From positions 1 to 64,000 of IMG/VR virus record IMGVR_UViG_3300048997_000130: a stretch of 64,000 nucleotides of DNA; one strand, written 5' to 3'. A program made the translations under genes and the position numbers. Each line of letters starts with the position of its first letter. The stretch's first letter is position 1. The notes beneath the pieces were generated by a model that was not told the DNA's origin, ran no database searches, and was given only the letters and a program-made list of their open reading frames with translations. The stretch comes from a virus. Positions 55,750-64,000 of this stretch are shown piece after piece.

Positions 55750-58700
55750 CTAACTGCCCGCTCCAACAGCTTGAAGTGCTTCTACGAGAGTCTCGGGAGC
55801 ACGCAAACTCTCTAAAACAAATTCGGAAATTTGTTTTCCTAAATCTGAATTCCGAACGTTATCGCGTTCATTGGCAGCAGCATATAAAAATGCGTTCGGA
55901 TCACCGAATAGAAATACCTTTTTCTTGGCACGAGTAATAGCTGTATAAATAAGATTCCGATATAACATCATCCCGTATTGCATAGTCATTGGCATAAGGA
56001 TATAATCGAACTCTCTACCTTGGCAATTCCATCCGCAAAATCCATTTTGAATAAAACGATGACCATCCGGGACTTCAACACACATAGATGGTCCATCAAA
56101 TATCTCAATACGCGATATAACACTATGATGGAATTTAATCCGCTCCCGTAAAGCTCGTGATTCGTTGTTTTCTATCTGAATCCGAGATAATAGGGATTCC
56201 AATTGATGGCGAGACATATAACCACGCGTCAGAACATTTTTGTCCGCAAAAGTAAAAAATTTAGGACCACCGTTAATATCTCTAATTGATAACGCTTCAG
56301 CTTTAAGTATTGGAACTTGATAATGGCATTCATTTCCATATAGAGATTTCGCTCGTAGTTGTTTCTCATCAGTTATGAAACCGATAACATCAGCAAATCG
56401 ACCAACATTCCGACCATATATATAAATAATACGATAAGTTTTCACACACCCATCACTCAGTGTTTGACGACGCTCGCCATATCCAGATATGATGCCAAAA
56501 CGAAGTAACATCACTTTCACGTCTTTATATAATGATTCATAGCAGGTTAGTAACTCAATATGATCAACAGTCCCTAGATCTGGATTCATATTGACAGTGC
56601 CATCTTCAAACAAACCGCGCAAGAAGGCTGCTTGCACGGTCAGTGAAGAACGTAAAACAGATAATGGAACAGATTTATTTTCCGGTCCGATTCCTCCAAT
56701 ATCTAGAAGCCAGCGAGATAAAAATGTGGAATGGACTTCAATACCAGCGGTTCCGTTATGATCAATATGTTTCGGATGGCATTTAAAAAGTAACTTACAT
56801 AATTCATCGAAACGTATGATTACATCATTGGATGATGTAATCATACGAAATCCACCATCAAACACAGTTCCATCTGCGACCATTATGCCAAGAAATTCCG
56901 CCATATGAACATCCAATTCCGTAGGCACCGGATATTGGACTTCATTATAATGACCGCTGATAGGAGCAGGAAGAAACCTATTCGATTGCTCCCCCCATTG
57001 AACGCCAAGACGCAAAGCCAGTAAATTTCCTTCCACAAGCTCTGAAGCCGGACGACGAATATATCCATATTTAGAATCCCAAGTATCCATTCCATGATCA
57101 GGAGTGGTTTCAAGTACGTAACCATCTGAAGTGGTTATACGAAGCATACGACTGGAAGGATTATTGACTTTGGAATGATATTCAGCGCCGCCAGAAGGAG
57201 TAGCAATAGAACCATCAGATGGTATATCAGAAATCCGAATTAAACCTTCTGGAGTCTCAACTAGTGTATCCGGAGACACACATTTATGCGCTGTACATGC
57301 ATATGCAACATTCAACATTGAACGACATTCTTCAATCTTGAATGTGAATGTCTTATCTATATATTCAGGAACAGTAGATTCATGATTGAACCATTCAAAT
57401 ATTTTGACTTCAACCACGTCATCTTTAGCCGATATACGTTGGACTTTTCCAACGTCTCCATTGAAAATCATTCTATCATAGTCATTCTTCACGACCATGA
57501 TTCGATCCCCTTCATATAAATCACAAACGCCATGTTTTATTTTATAAGCATTGCCAGCGATATACATAGGATTTAATATCTCTCGCAATTTCTTATTTAG
57601 ATTATTAACTCCAAGTTCGCCATCATATTTAGGAGCAATAACTTGAAATAATGCGTCACGTGTCATCATTCTTTCAGTGAGGGCACATATTTCGTCAGCT
57701 ACTTGAGGCTGTGGGAAACGGAAAAATACGAATTGAGAATCCTTTCGAAAATCAGTATCTATTGCATCCCCAGCAAGTATCTGATGTGCCACTGTTATAA
57801 TATCAGACCTATCAGTCTGTCGATAAATCCGAGTCAATGATACATGCGGAACATCATCACAACGCATCAGATTATTGAGAACATAACCAGCGCCAACTGA
57901 TGGTAATTGTGCAGAGTCCCCAACACATATCAAAATAGTAGTAGATGGAAGCGCCGAAATTAAATGATAAAATGTTGCTCCATCAACCATTGAAGTTTCA
58001 TCAACAATGACAGCATCAACATGGAATTTATTCGATGAATGAAATTCCCATCCGCCATCTCGTTTATATCCAAGAGCCCGATGAATTGTAGAAGCCGGTT
58101 TCCCCGTCACTTGTGATAATCGTTTAGAAGCAATACCAGTTGGTGATAATAATACATAATGTAGATGATTCTCTTCGAATAAATCAACAAATGCAGAAAT
58201 TAATGTGGTCTTCCCGGTTCCAGGATAACCTGATATAACACACACTTTGGAATGTTCAAGCAGCATTAATGCTTGACGTTGATGCTCCGAAAGCGTTATA
58301 TTACGACGTTTTTCATATTTATCCAAAAATCCAGATAGATCACCCAAATCTTTTGGTCCATTGGCAAGTAAGTCCACTAAATATTTAGCAGATTCAGATT
58401 CATATTGCCAATTTTGGATTGAATATATTCGGGAATTATCAACGACTATATCATCATCTTCTTTTAATTGATCAAGAGCTGTGTAGAACGAAATATCTGA
58501 TAAATATTCACCATGAGAAAATGGATCGAGTCCAATTTTTTTGAACAGCCTTTGAACATACTCACGAATCTGATCCGCGGATACATACATATGTCCTTCA
58601 GATGATGATAATTCATGGATGATATATAAAATCATTGCATTAACACGGCGTTGATCGTCTCGACCGACTCCCAATTGCCGAGCAACGTTATCGGACGTTT

Positions 58701-59277
58701 GAAATCCAACGCCAGGACATTCATACAGCCAGTATGGATTTTCTTTGACTAATCGAACTGATTCAATTCCGAATCTAGTATATACGGATCGAATCTGAGA
58801 AGCAGTTAAACCTAAATTACTAAGGAATATTGCGGCCGTTCTCTGTTCAGAAGCTACTCGCCACTCATCAATTATAGATTCAATCTGTTTCTGGCTAAGA
58901 AAATCACAATCGGCAAGCTTTTCGGGCTCCGTATCCAACAATGTTATAAGATCATCACCATAAACTGCATATAATTTTCCAGCTGTTACTGGACCAATGG
59001 ACGGAACGTTATTCACTAAATATGTGATTATTCCAGATCTACTTTTTTCTGGTAATACTTCACAAGTAGTCATTCGAAATTCACGTCCATACTGGGGATG
59101 ATCGCCCCAGATGCCACGTGCATGAATTTTAATACCGACAGCTACAGGTTGACCAAGGAATGATCCCTTAACTGTAACTACAGACGCTGGTTTCTCAGGT
59201 TGAACCTTAAGAATATAATATCCAGTGCCCCGGTTGGAATACATAATTCCAACAATTTTTCCGATGAGTTCTTCCAC
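55750..59277 (-). CDS. recD2: RecD2-like SF1B helicase, intein-containing (about 756 aa spliced)
   Basis: N-terminal OB/HhH, GYPGTGKTT, VIVDETSM, GDSAQLPSVG, AYACTAHK-CQG, YTAITRAK. Confidence 0.92.
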   Translation of the reverse strand: MEELIGKIVGIMYSNRGTGYYILKVQPEKPASVVTVKGSFLGQPVAVGIKIHARGIWGDHPQYGREFRMTTCEVLPEKSRSGIITYLVNNVPSIGPVTAGKLYAVYGDDLITLLDTEPEKLADCDFLSQKQIESIIDEWRVASEQRTAAIFLSNLGLTASQIRSVYTRFGIESVRLVKENPYWLYECPGVGFQTSDNVARQLGVGRDDQRRVNAMILYIIHELSSSEGHMYVSADQIREYVQRLFKKIGLDPFSHGEYLSDISFYTALDQLKEDDDIVVDNSRIYSIQNWQYESESAKYLVDLLANGPKDLGDLSGFLDKYEKRRNITLSEHQRQALMLLEHSKVCVISGYPGTGKTTLISAFVDLFEENHLHYVLLSPTGIASKRLSQVTGKPASTIHRALGYKRDGGWEFHSSNKFHVDAVIVDETSMVDGATFYHLISALPSTTILICVGDSAQLPSVGAGYVLNNLMRCDDVPHVSLTRIYRQTDRSDIITVAHQILAGDAIDTDFRKDSQFVFFRFPQPQVADEICALTERMMTRDALFQVIAPKYDGELGVNNLNKKLREILNPMYIAGNAYKIKHGVCDLYEGDRIMVVKNDYDRMIFNGDVGKVQRISAKDDVVEVKIFEWFNHESTVPEYIDKTFTFKIEECRSMLNVAYACTAHKCVSPDTLVETPEGLIRISDIPSDGSIATPSGGAEYHSKVNNPSSRMLRITTSDGYVLETTPDHGMDTWDSKYGYIRRPASELVEGNLLALRLGVQWGEQSNRFLPAPISGHYNEVQYPVPTELDVHMAEFLGIMVADGTVFDGGFRMITSSNDVIIRFDELCKLLFKCHPKHIDHNGTAGIEVHSTFLSRWLLDIGGIGPENKSVPLSVLRSSLTVQAAFLRGLFEDGTVNMNPDLGTVDHIELLTCYESLYKDVKVMLLRFGIISGYGERRQTLSDGCVKTYRIIYIYGRNVGRFADVIGFITDEKQLRAKSLYGNECHYQVPILKAEALSIRDINGGPKFFTFADKNVLTRGYMSRHQLESLLSRIQIENNESRALRERIKFHHSVISRIEIFDGPSMCVEVPDGHRFIQNGFCGWNCQGREFDYILMPMTMQYGMMLYRNLIYTAITRAKKKVFLFGDPNAFLYAAANERDNVRNSDLGKQISEFVLESLRAPETLVEALQAVGAGS
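56026..57282 (-). mobile_element. Helicase intein (419 aa), LAGLIDADG
   Basis: CVSPDTLV start after TAHK; FLGIMVADG, FLRGLFEDG; MCVEVPDGHRFIQNGFCGWN then Cys+1. Confidence 0.9.
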
Positions 59278-59295
59278 TGAATTGTACTTATTAGG

Positions 59296-60108
59296 TTAGG
59301 ATTGGATAGTGATTAAGTTATATAAATCAGTCTCACTAAGCACAGGAACGTTATATTTCCTGGCATTCTTCATTTTACTAGAATTTGTATCTGGATTATT
59401 GGTAACTAAGTAGGATGTGGTCTTAGACACAGAACTTTTAGGGAATCCCCCGACATCCATAATATCTCTTTCAACTGCTTTCCTGGGTCGAGTAAGTTCT
59501 CCAGTTATGCAAAGCGTCTTTCCTGATAGTATACCACCAACAGCTTGACGTACGTTTATTACTGACACTAAATCAATAAATAATTCACGTCTAAATAATA
59601 AACCTTCTTGAATTTGACGAGCTGTCTTCTCTCCAATATTCGGAACTGCTCTTAAAGCATCATAATCAATATTCAAGATTTTGTCAACAGTATTAAAACC
59701 AGCTTGAATTAAATCAGTAGCCGTACTTATTCCAAAATTTGGAATATTTAATGATGCAAGAATTAATTCTAAAGACAAATCTTTATTACTGTGTAATACT
59801 TCATAACATTTAGCAGCCATTTTCGGACCAGAGCAATATTGTTCTAAATCAGCAACAGTTAATCGATATAAATCAGCAACAGATTTAACGATTGAATTGG
59901 ATGAAATAATAGCATCTATAGTAGCATCTCCCCAATGCAGAAGTCCAAGATTTCGAATCCAAACTTTTAGAGAACCCGATAATTTCGATGGACAGACGTT
60001 ATTCTTACAATATAAAAAATCACCTTGAATTATAGTTACACTAGAACAAATCGGACAGAATTCGGGAATTTTGAATAATATGGGATCCACTATAATATAA
60101 ACATACAA
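59296..60108 (-). CDS. ligA: NAD-dependent DNA ligase, C-terminal part (Zn finger, HhH, BRCT)
   Basis: CPICSS...YCKNNVCP, HhH IPNFG and VPNIG, BRCT LSGKTLCITGEL...SVSKTTSYLV...KMKNARKYNV; start may be GTG 60090. Confidence 0.9.
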   Translation of the reverse strand: MYVYIIVDPILFKIPEFCPICSSVTIIQGDFLYCKNNVCPSKLSGSLKVWIRNLGLLHWGDATIDAIISSNSIVKSVADLYRLTVADLEQYCSGPKMAAKCYEVLHSNKDLSLELILASLNIPNFGISTATDLIQAGFNTVDKILNIDYDALRAVPNIGEKTARQIQEGLLFRRELFIDLVSVINVRQAVGGILSGKTLCITGELTRPRKAVERDIMDVGGFPKSSVSKTTSYLVTNNPDTNSSKMKNARKYNVPVLSETDLYNLITIQS

Positions 60109-60130
60109 GAAAGACTATCATTCAAAACCT

Positions 60131-60682
60131 TTATTCAGTTTCAGATTCCTCTTTAGGTTTTTCTTCTTTATCATCTTCGTATTCATCGAAATCCTCCGAA
60201 CCTTCCAAATCTAATTCCGTTTCAAAATCTTCTTCTGGTCGTTGCGGAGCAGGGGCTGGAGTTGGTTCAGGAGTCGGAGCAGGGGCTGGAGACATTACAG
60301 GTTCATGCCCAAAGGTCTTCTCGCGAACCATTGCGGCATCACCATCATGGAATCCTTTCATAAATTCATTCATATCTTCCCCAATATCCAAGACACGTGT
60401 GGAAATAGATTCCAATCCACTGAGTTCAGCTCCGACGAAATCACTTTGAAGCCGAGCTAATTTAGAATATGTAACTGATAAGTCCTTCAGAATATCGGCA
60501 ATATATGAATTGACTCTCTGCCATTCAGCATCATGTTCAGAATCATGTTCAGAATTATTACCAGATAATGCTGAATTTACTTCATACGCCACTCGTGAAA
60601 AAGATTTTCCAGTAATAGAGTCCACTGAATTATCCAATAATACAGAAGTAGTTCTGGCGACATTTGCAAAATGGGAATCCAT
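60131..60682 (-). CDS. Hypothetical protein with Pro-rich linker and acidic tail
   Basis: 183 aa; PAPAPTPEPTPAPAP; EDFDEYEDDKEE. Confidence 0.7.
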   Translation of the reverse strand: MDSHFANVARTTSVLLDNSVDSITGKSFSRVAYEVNSALSGNNSEHDSEHDAEWQRVNSYIADILKDLSVTYSKLARLQSDFVGAELSGLESISTRVLDIGEDMNEFMKGFHDGDAAMVREKTFGHEPVMSPAPAPTPEPTPAPAPQRPEEDFETELDLEGSEDFDEYEDDKEEKPKEESETE

Positions 60683-60842
60683 GTTATTATTAAAATAAAT
60701 TAAAAATCCAGGTTCAGTAAATTTAATATAAATTCATTTTATTCAAATAAGATAATAATTATGTTAACGCCGTTACCTGAATAAATTAAATTTAATAGTT
60801 AGTTCCAAATTACGAGCCATTAATATAATAATTTCGAAAATC

Positions 60843-61322
60843 CCAGCAATTGATGCTGACTCATTTTATGATGCATATCATTATATCGGAAAATGCAAAG
60901 CTAAAATAAACTATGGTGTATATTTTGAAGAACAATTAATTGCATGCGCCACATTCAAACCTCCAACTCGCCAATCCAAACATCCTTGGGAATTAGTCCG
61001 AATGACTTCCCATCCACAATTCCGCGTTCATGGCATTTGGTCCAAAATCTTGAAACAATTTATTCAAGATTTTGGACCAAAGTCAATTGTGAGTTTTTCA
61101 GATAATAGGTTATTCTCTGGGAAAGTTTACGAGAAAATTGGATTCCAGTTTGATGGTGACGTCCGACCTGATTATTATTGGGTGAAAGGTCAAAACCGAT
61201 ACCATAAATCGGTATTGCGTAAAAAACCGGGAGAAGTTGGTACTGAAACTATACTCCGTCAAATTGATGGTTTCCGGAAAATTTGGGACTTAGGAAAGAA
61301 ACGTTGGGTGTTAACATTATGA
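60843..61322 (+). CDS. Stand-alone Mom/Hef-like GNAT-type domain, start uncertain
   Basis: Frame open from at least 60843 (PAIDADSFYDAYHYIG...YGVYFEEQLIACATF...WELVRM...IVSFSDNR...VYEKIGF...PDYYW); no ATG/GTG/TTG in frame upstream of 61002. Confidence 0.65.
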   Translation, partial: PAIDADSFYDAYHYIGKCKAKINYGVYFEEQLIACATFKPPTRQSKHPWELVRMTSHPQFRVHGIWSKILKQFIQDFGPKSIVSFSDNRLFSGKVYEKIGFQFDGDVRPDYYWVKGQNRYHKSVLRKKPGEVGTETILRQIDGFRKIWDLGKKRWVLTL

Positions 61323-62428
61323 ATGATAACATAGATTTAGATGAATTAAAATCAGAACTTAAACAAGCGCGTCTAGCTTATTTTAATTTAAATCCTGTCA
61401 TATCTGATGCGGAATATGATGCCAAAAAAGAATTATTAGCTAAATACGAACCTGACGCAGCAGAAATCAAAGCGGTAGGAGCGGATCCGCCTAAGATATC
61501 AGTGTGGGAAAAAGTCCAACATAAAATACCGATGGGGTCTCTAGATAAGGTTAATACTGAATCGGAATTCCTAGAGTGGGCTAATAAACTAGGATCTGAT
61601 ACATCATTTTTATTTATTCATAAAATTGATGGATCGAGTATGGAAGTTGTCTATGAACATGGTCAGTTAATTCGATGCGTCACCAGAGGGAACGGGATAA
61701 TTGGGGAAGATATAACCAATAATGGAATACAGATCCCTAATATTCCTAAGTTCATTCCGATACAACATGAAGAAATAATCATACGTGGCGAAGTTGTCAT
61801 GTTGAAAGATGTCTTCCATAATAAATATGCTCAAGTATACGCCAATCCAAGGAACACAGCCAACGGAAAACTTCGAGAACGTAAGTCTGGAGGTTTAAAT
61901 TGTGCCGATCTCATATTTTTAGCGTTTACTTTGGAATCCAGTTCTGCACCAAAGCTGGAATATCTAAGAATGAAAGCTCTTCAAAAAATGGGATTTTCTG
62001 TTCCAGAATTTGAAGTAGGATCTGCAGCACAAGCAGTAAGCTGGCAACAATCAATAATAGGAAACAGGAATTCGATTCCATACGAAATCGATGGAATCGT
62101 AGTTCGAGCCAATAATATTTCTCTCCAAGAAGAGCTTGGAGAAATAAATATGAGACCTAGAGCTCAAATCGCTTATAAATTCGAATCTGCTACCGGGATT
62201 TCCCAAGTCATAGATATAAAATGGCAAGTAGGATTGACTGGTCGAATTACAGCAGTAGCATCTGTGGAACCAGTTAATATTGGAGGCGTAGTAATCACTT
62301 CCATATCACTTCATAATTTAAAATTATTCCAAGATTTAAAATTATTTAAAGGATGTAGAATATTGATCTCACGTCGTAATGACGTTATTCCGTATTGTGA
62401 AAAAAATTTAGATGCAGCGTCAGATTAG
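61319..62428 (+). CDS. ligA: NAD-dependent DNA ligase, N-terminal part (Ia, adenylation, OB)
   Basis: ISDAEYD, HKIPMGSLDK, HKIDG, RGEV, NPRNTANG, YEIDGIV, IAYKF, QVGLTG, RRNDVIP; start reassigned to ATG 61319. Confidence 0.93.
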   Translation: MNDNIDLDELKSELKQARLAYFNLNPVISDAEYDAKKELLAKYEPDAAEIKAVGADPPKISVWEKVQHKIPMGSLDKVNTESEFLEWANKLGSDTSFLFIHKIDGSSMEVVYEHGQLIRCVTRGNGIIGEDITNNGIQIPNIPKFIPIQHEEIIIRGEVVMLKDVFHNKYAQVYANPRNTANGKLRERKSGGLNCADLIFLAFTLESSSAPKLEYLRMKALQKMGFSVPEFEVGSAAQAVSWQQSIIGNRNSIPYEIDGIVVRANNISLQEELGEINMRPRAQIAYKFESATGISQVIDIKWQVGLTGRITAVASVEPVNIGGVVITSISLHNLKLFQDLKLFKGCRILISRRNDVIPYCEKNLDAASD

Positions 62429-62430
62429 AT

Positions 62431-63438
62431 ATGATTTATAATACTATCACAGGTATCACTAGTTATTTAACATCTCTAGATGGATTCAATAGATTAATTA
62501 TTGATAGAAGGCGAGCTGTAAAAAATGAAGAACTGTTAGATGAATTTATAATTTTAGGCCATTGGACAATTGATAAATTTGGTCAATGTATCAAAATTGG
62601 AAGCAGTGAAACTCCAGATGGATATCGGAGACCCGGTGTACAAGAATTAATTAATATATCCAATCCAGGAGAAACTGTGATTTCTAAACAGGGATTTTAT
62701 GATGAATGGCCCGGAGTTATATTAACTACGCATTTTGAATCACAAATTCCTAAGTCATCTTTAATATGTCCAGTATGTGGATTGGGTTGGAATATTAAAA
62801 ATTGTTATGATACTCAAACGCTCGAAAAATCTATTGATTATCAATTATCCAAACAAATCGGAAAATCATTATACGATTTTCTGAATGAAAATCTCCCACA
62901 AGATGAGCTGTGGATATATAGAGGCGAGATTCGGAATGATGCATTAATCGATAATGCTCCTCATCCAAGTGTGATAGGAGCAAAAGTTAATGAACATGGC
63001 TGGTATAGACCAGCCGTTGAATCATGCCATATGATACAAGATGGAGATTATGCAGCGTTTGCAGTGCAAACGTTTTTTCATAAACAATGTTATTCAGCAA
63101 GGATTAGTCAACAAATTAGAAAAAGTTATGTAGAAATGTTAGAAAAATCTGGTTGGGGAGATTCTGAATTGATAGCTATTCCCAATGAATATTCAACATA
63201 CGAGAAGTTCGAACCATGGTTTTTAGTCAAACATCCATTAGGGACGCTCAAAATCGGGTGGAGGAAACGCGTTCTCCAAATTGATTGGTCAGGGACCGGG
63301 ATTCCAATATTTGATGAATTTCGTGATGAAAAAACAACTCATAACACCACATTTATACATGCACATAATCTAGAAAAAGCGGCTGATTATTTAAAAATAA
63401 TCAAATTTAAGATTCAACAGGCGACCGCGTTGCGTTAA
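62431..63438 (+). CDS. Hypothetical protein
   Basis: 335 aa; CPVCG; C-terminal IPNEY...PWFLV...KIGWRKRV. Confidence 0.7.
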   Translation: MIYNTITGITSYLTSLDGFNRLIIDRRRAVKNEELLDEFIILGHWTIDKFGQCIKIGSSETPDGYRRPGVQELINISNPGETVISKQGFYDEWPGVILTTHFESQIPKSSLICPVCGLGWNIKNCYDTQTLEKSIDYQLSKQIGKSLYDFLNENLPQDELWIYRGEIRNDALIDNAPHPSVIGAKVNEHGWYRPAVESCHMIQDGDYAAFAVQTFFHKQCYSARISQQIRKSYVEMLEKSGWGDSELIAIPNEYSTYEKFEPWFLVKHPLGTLKIGWRKRVLQIDWSGTGIPIFDEFRDEKTTHNTTFIHAHNLEKAADYLKIIKFKIQQATALR

Positions 63439-63664
63439 GCATAGACTCGAGCGCTTCCATGGTTTCAAACGAAACTATAGTAAGTCGTATTCTTTTACCG
63501 TCCAAATGTTGTAATGCGACTTGTAAATCCAGTCCTTTATTATCTTCATCCACTAATACAAATCGTTGAGTATTAGGATCTAATGTGACTATGCCATCAA
63601 TAATTAATCCGGCATCAAATCCATGTTGGAATTGATCTCGTTTATTATCATAATCAATTGCCAT
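63407..63664 (-). CDS. Small hypothetical protein
   Basis: 85-aa ORF. Confidence 0.6.
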   Translation of the reverse strand: MAIDYDNKRDQFQHGFDAGLIIDGIVTLDPNTQRFVLVDEDNKGLDLQVALQHLDGKRIRLTIVSFETMEALESMLNATRSPVES

Positions 63665-63761
63665 TTATAATCTCATGCATCGAATAAATTCCTGAATTAT
63701 ACTCAACCATACTATTATTAGATATAATCCAAGCATCAGCCCTATAATTTCTAATAAAAAT

Positions 63762-64000
63762 ATGGCATCAGGATCTCACGCCTTATTCTTGCAAGGCGCT
63801 AAAGAGTTATATTCTAAGATTAAATCATCTTCTGATTTTAGAGTCCAATCATATACTAGTCCAGTAGAACATTTGATATCGGAATTTGAATCTTGGGAAT
63901 TAGAACCTCCTGAAGATATACGACGAGTTCAATCAATTGTTAAATTGATTGAACTCACCAGAACCATCAATGAGCTCATAGTCAACAGTTCGAAACCAAG
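63762..64000 (+). CDS. Hypothetical protein, 3'-truncated by window edge
   Basis: ATG GCA TCA GGA at 63762, frame open to the end of the window. Confidence 0.55.
   Translation, partial: MASGSHALFLQGAKELYSKIKSSSDFRVQSYTSPVEHLISEFESWELEPPEDIRRVQSIVKLIELTRTINELIVNSSKP

Noticed and set aside
217-58000. Numerous short antisense or nested ORFs in the track (e.g. 10324..10716, 14596..14952, 18132..18518, 26310..26822)
   Set aside because: Fully overlap well-supported genes and show no motifs or ribosome-binding sites; treated as shadow ORFs
1-64000. Stop-codon reassignment as seen in some jumbo phages
   Set aside because: Conserved genes are full length in the standard code, and TAG, TAA and TGA all end genes at expected positions

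Overview
A 64-kb, AT-rich, gene-dense segment of a large (jumbo-type) tailed dsDNA phage genome. No rRNA, tRNA, CRISPR array or integrase was seen. Layout: (i) 1-17.5 kb accessory region with a peptidoglycan transglycosylase fragment, an 8-gene NDP-sugar/glycosyltransferase/methyltransferase cluster, a 2H phosphoesterase, pyrF, pyrC, a NADAR protein, a Cys-rich Kelch lipoprotein and an HNH endonuclease; (ii) 17.8-43 kb head-morphogenesis block on the minus strand (major capsid, decoration, scaffold, putative prohead protease, portal, large terminase, many unknown proteins); (iii) 43-62.4 kb transcription/replication/repair block (tandem sigma-region-4 protein, 5'-3' exonuclease, NusG, DnaX, primase, SbcC C-half, beta-clamp-like, PD-(D/E)XK nuclease, SbcD, RecD2-like helicase, NAD-dependent ligase). 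Five LAGLIDADG inteins interrupt protease, portal (two), terminase and helicase. Most unusual: an NAD-dependent DNA ligase split into two divergently transcribed genes, a phage methylated-sugar glycosylation cluster, a repeat/Vsr-like nuclease fused to a Mom-like domain, and a 16-bp inverted repeat that would sequester the HNH start codon. All family assignments come from motif recognition by eye; no database searches were run. A Myxococcota-like host is only a weak inference.
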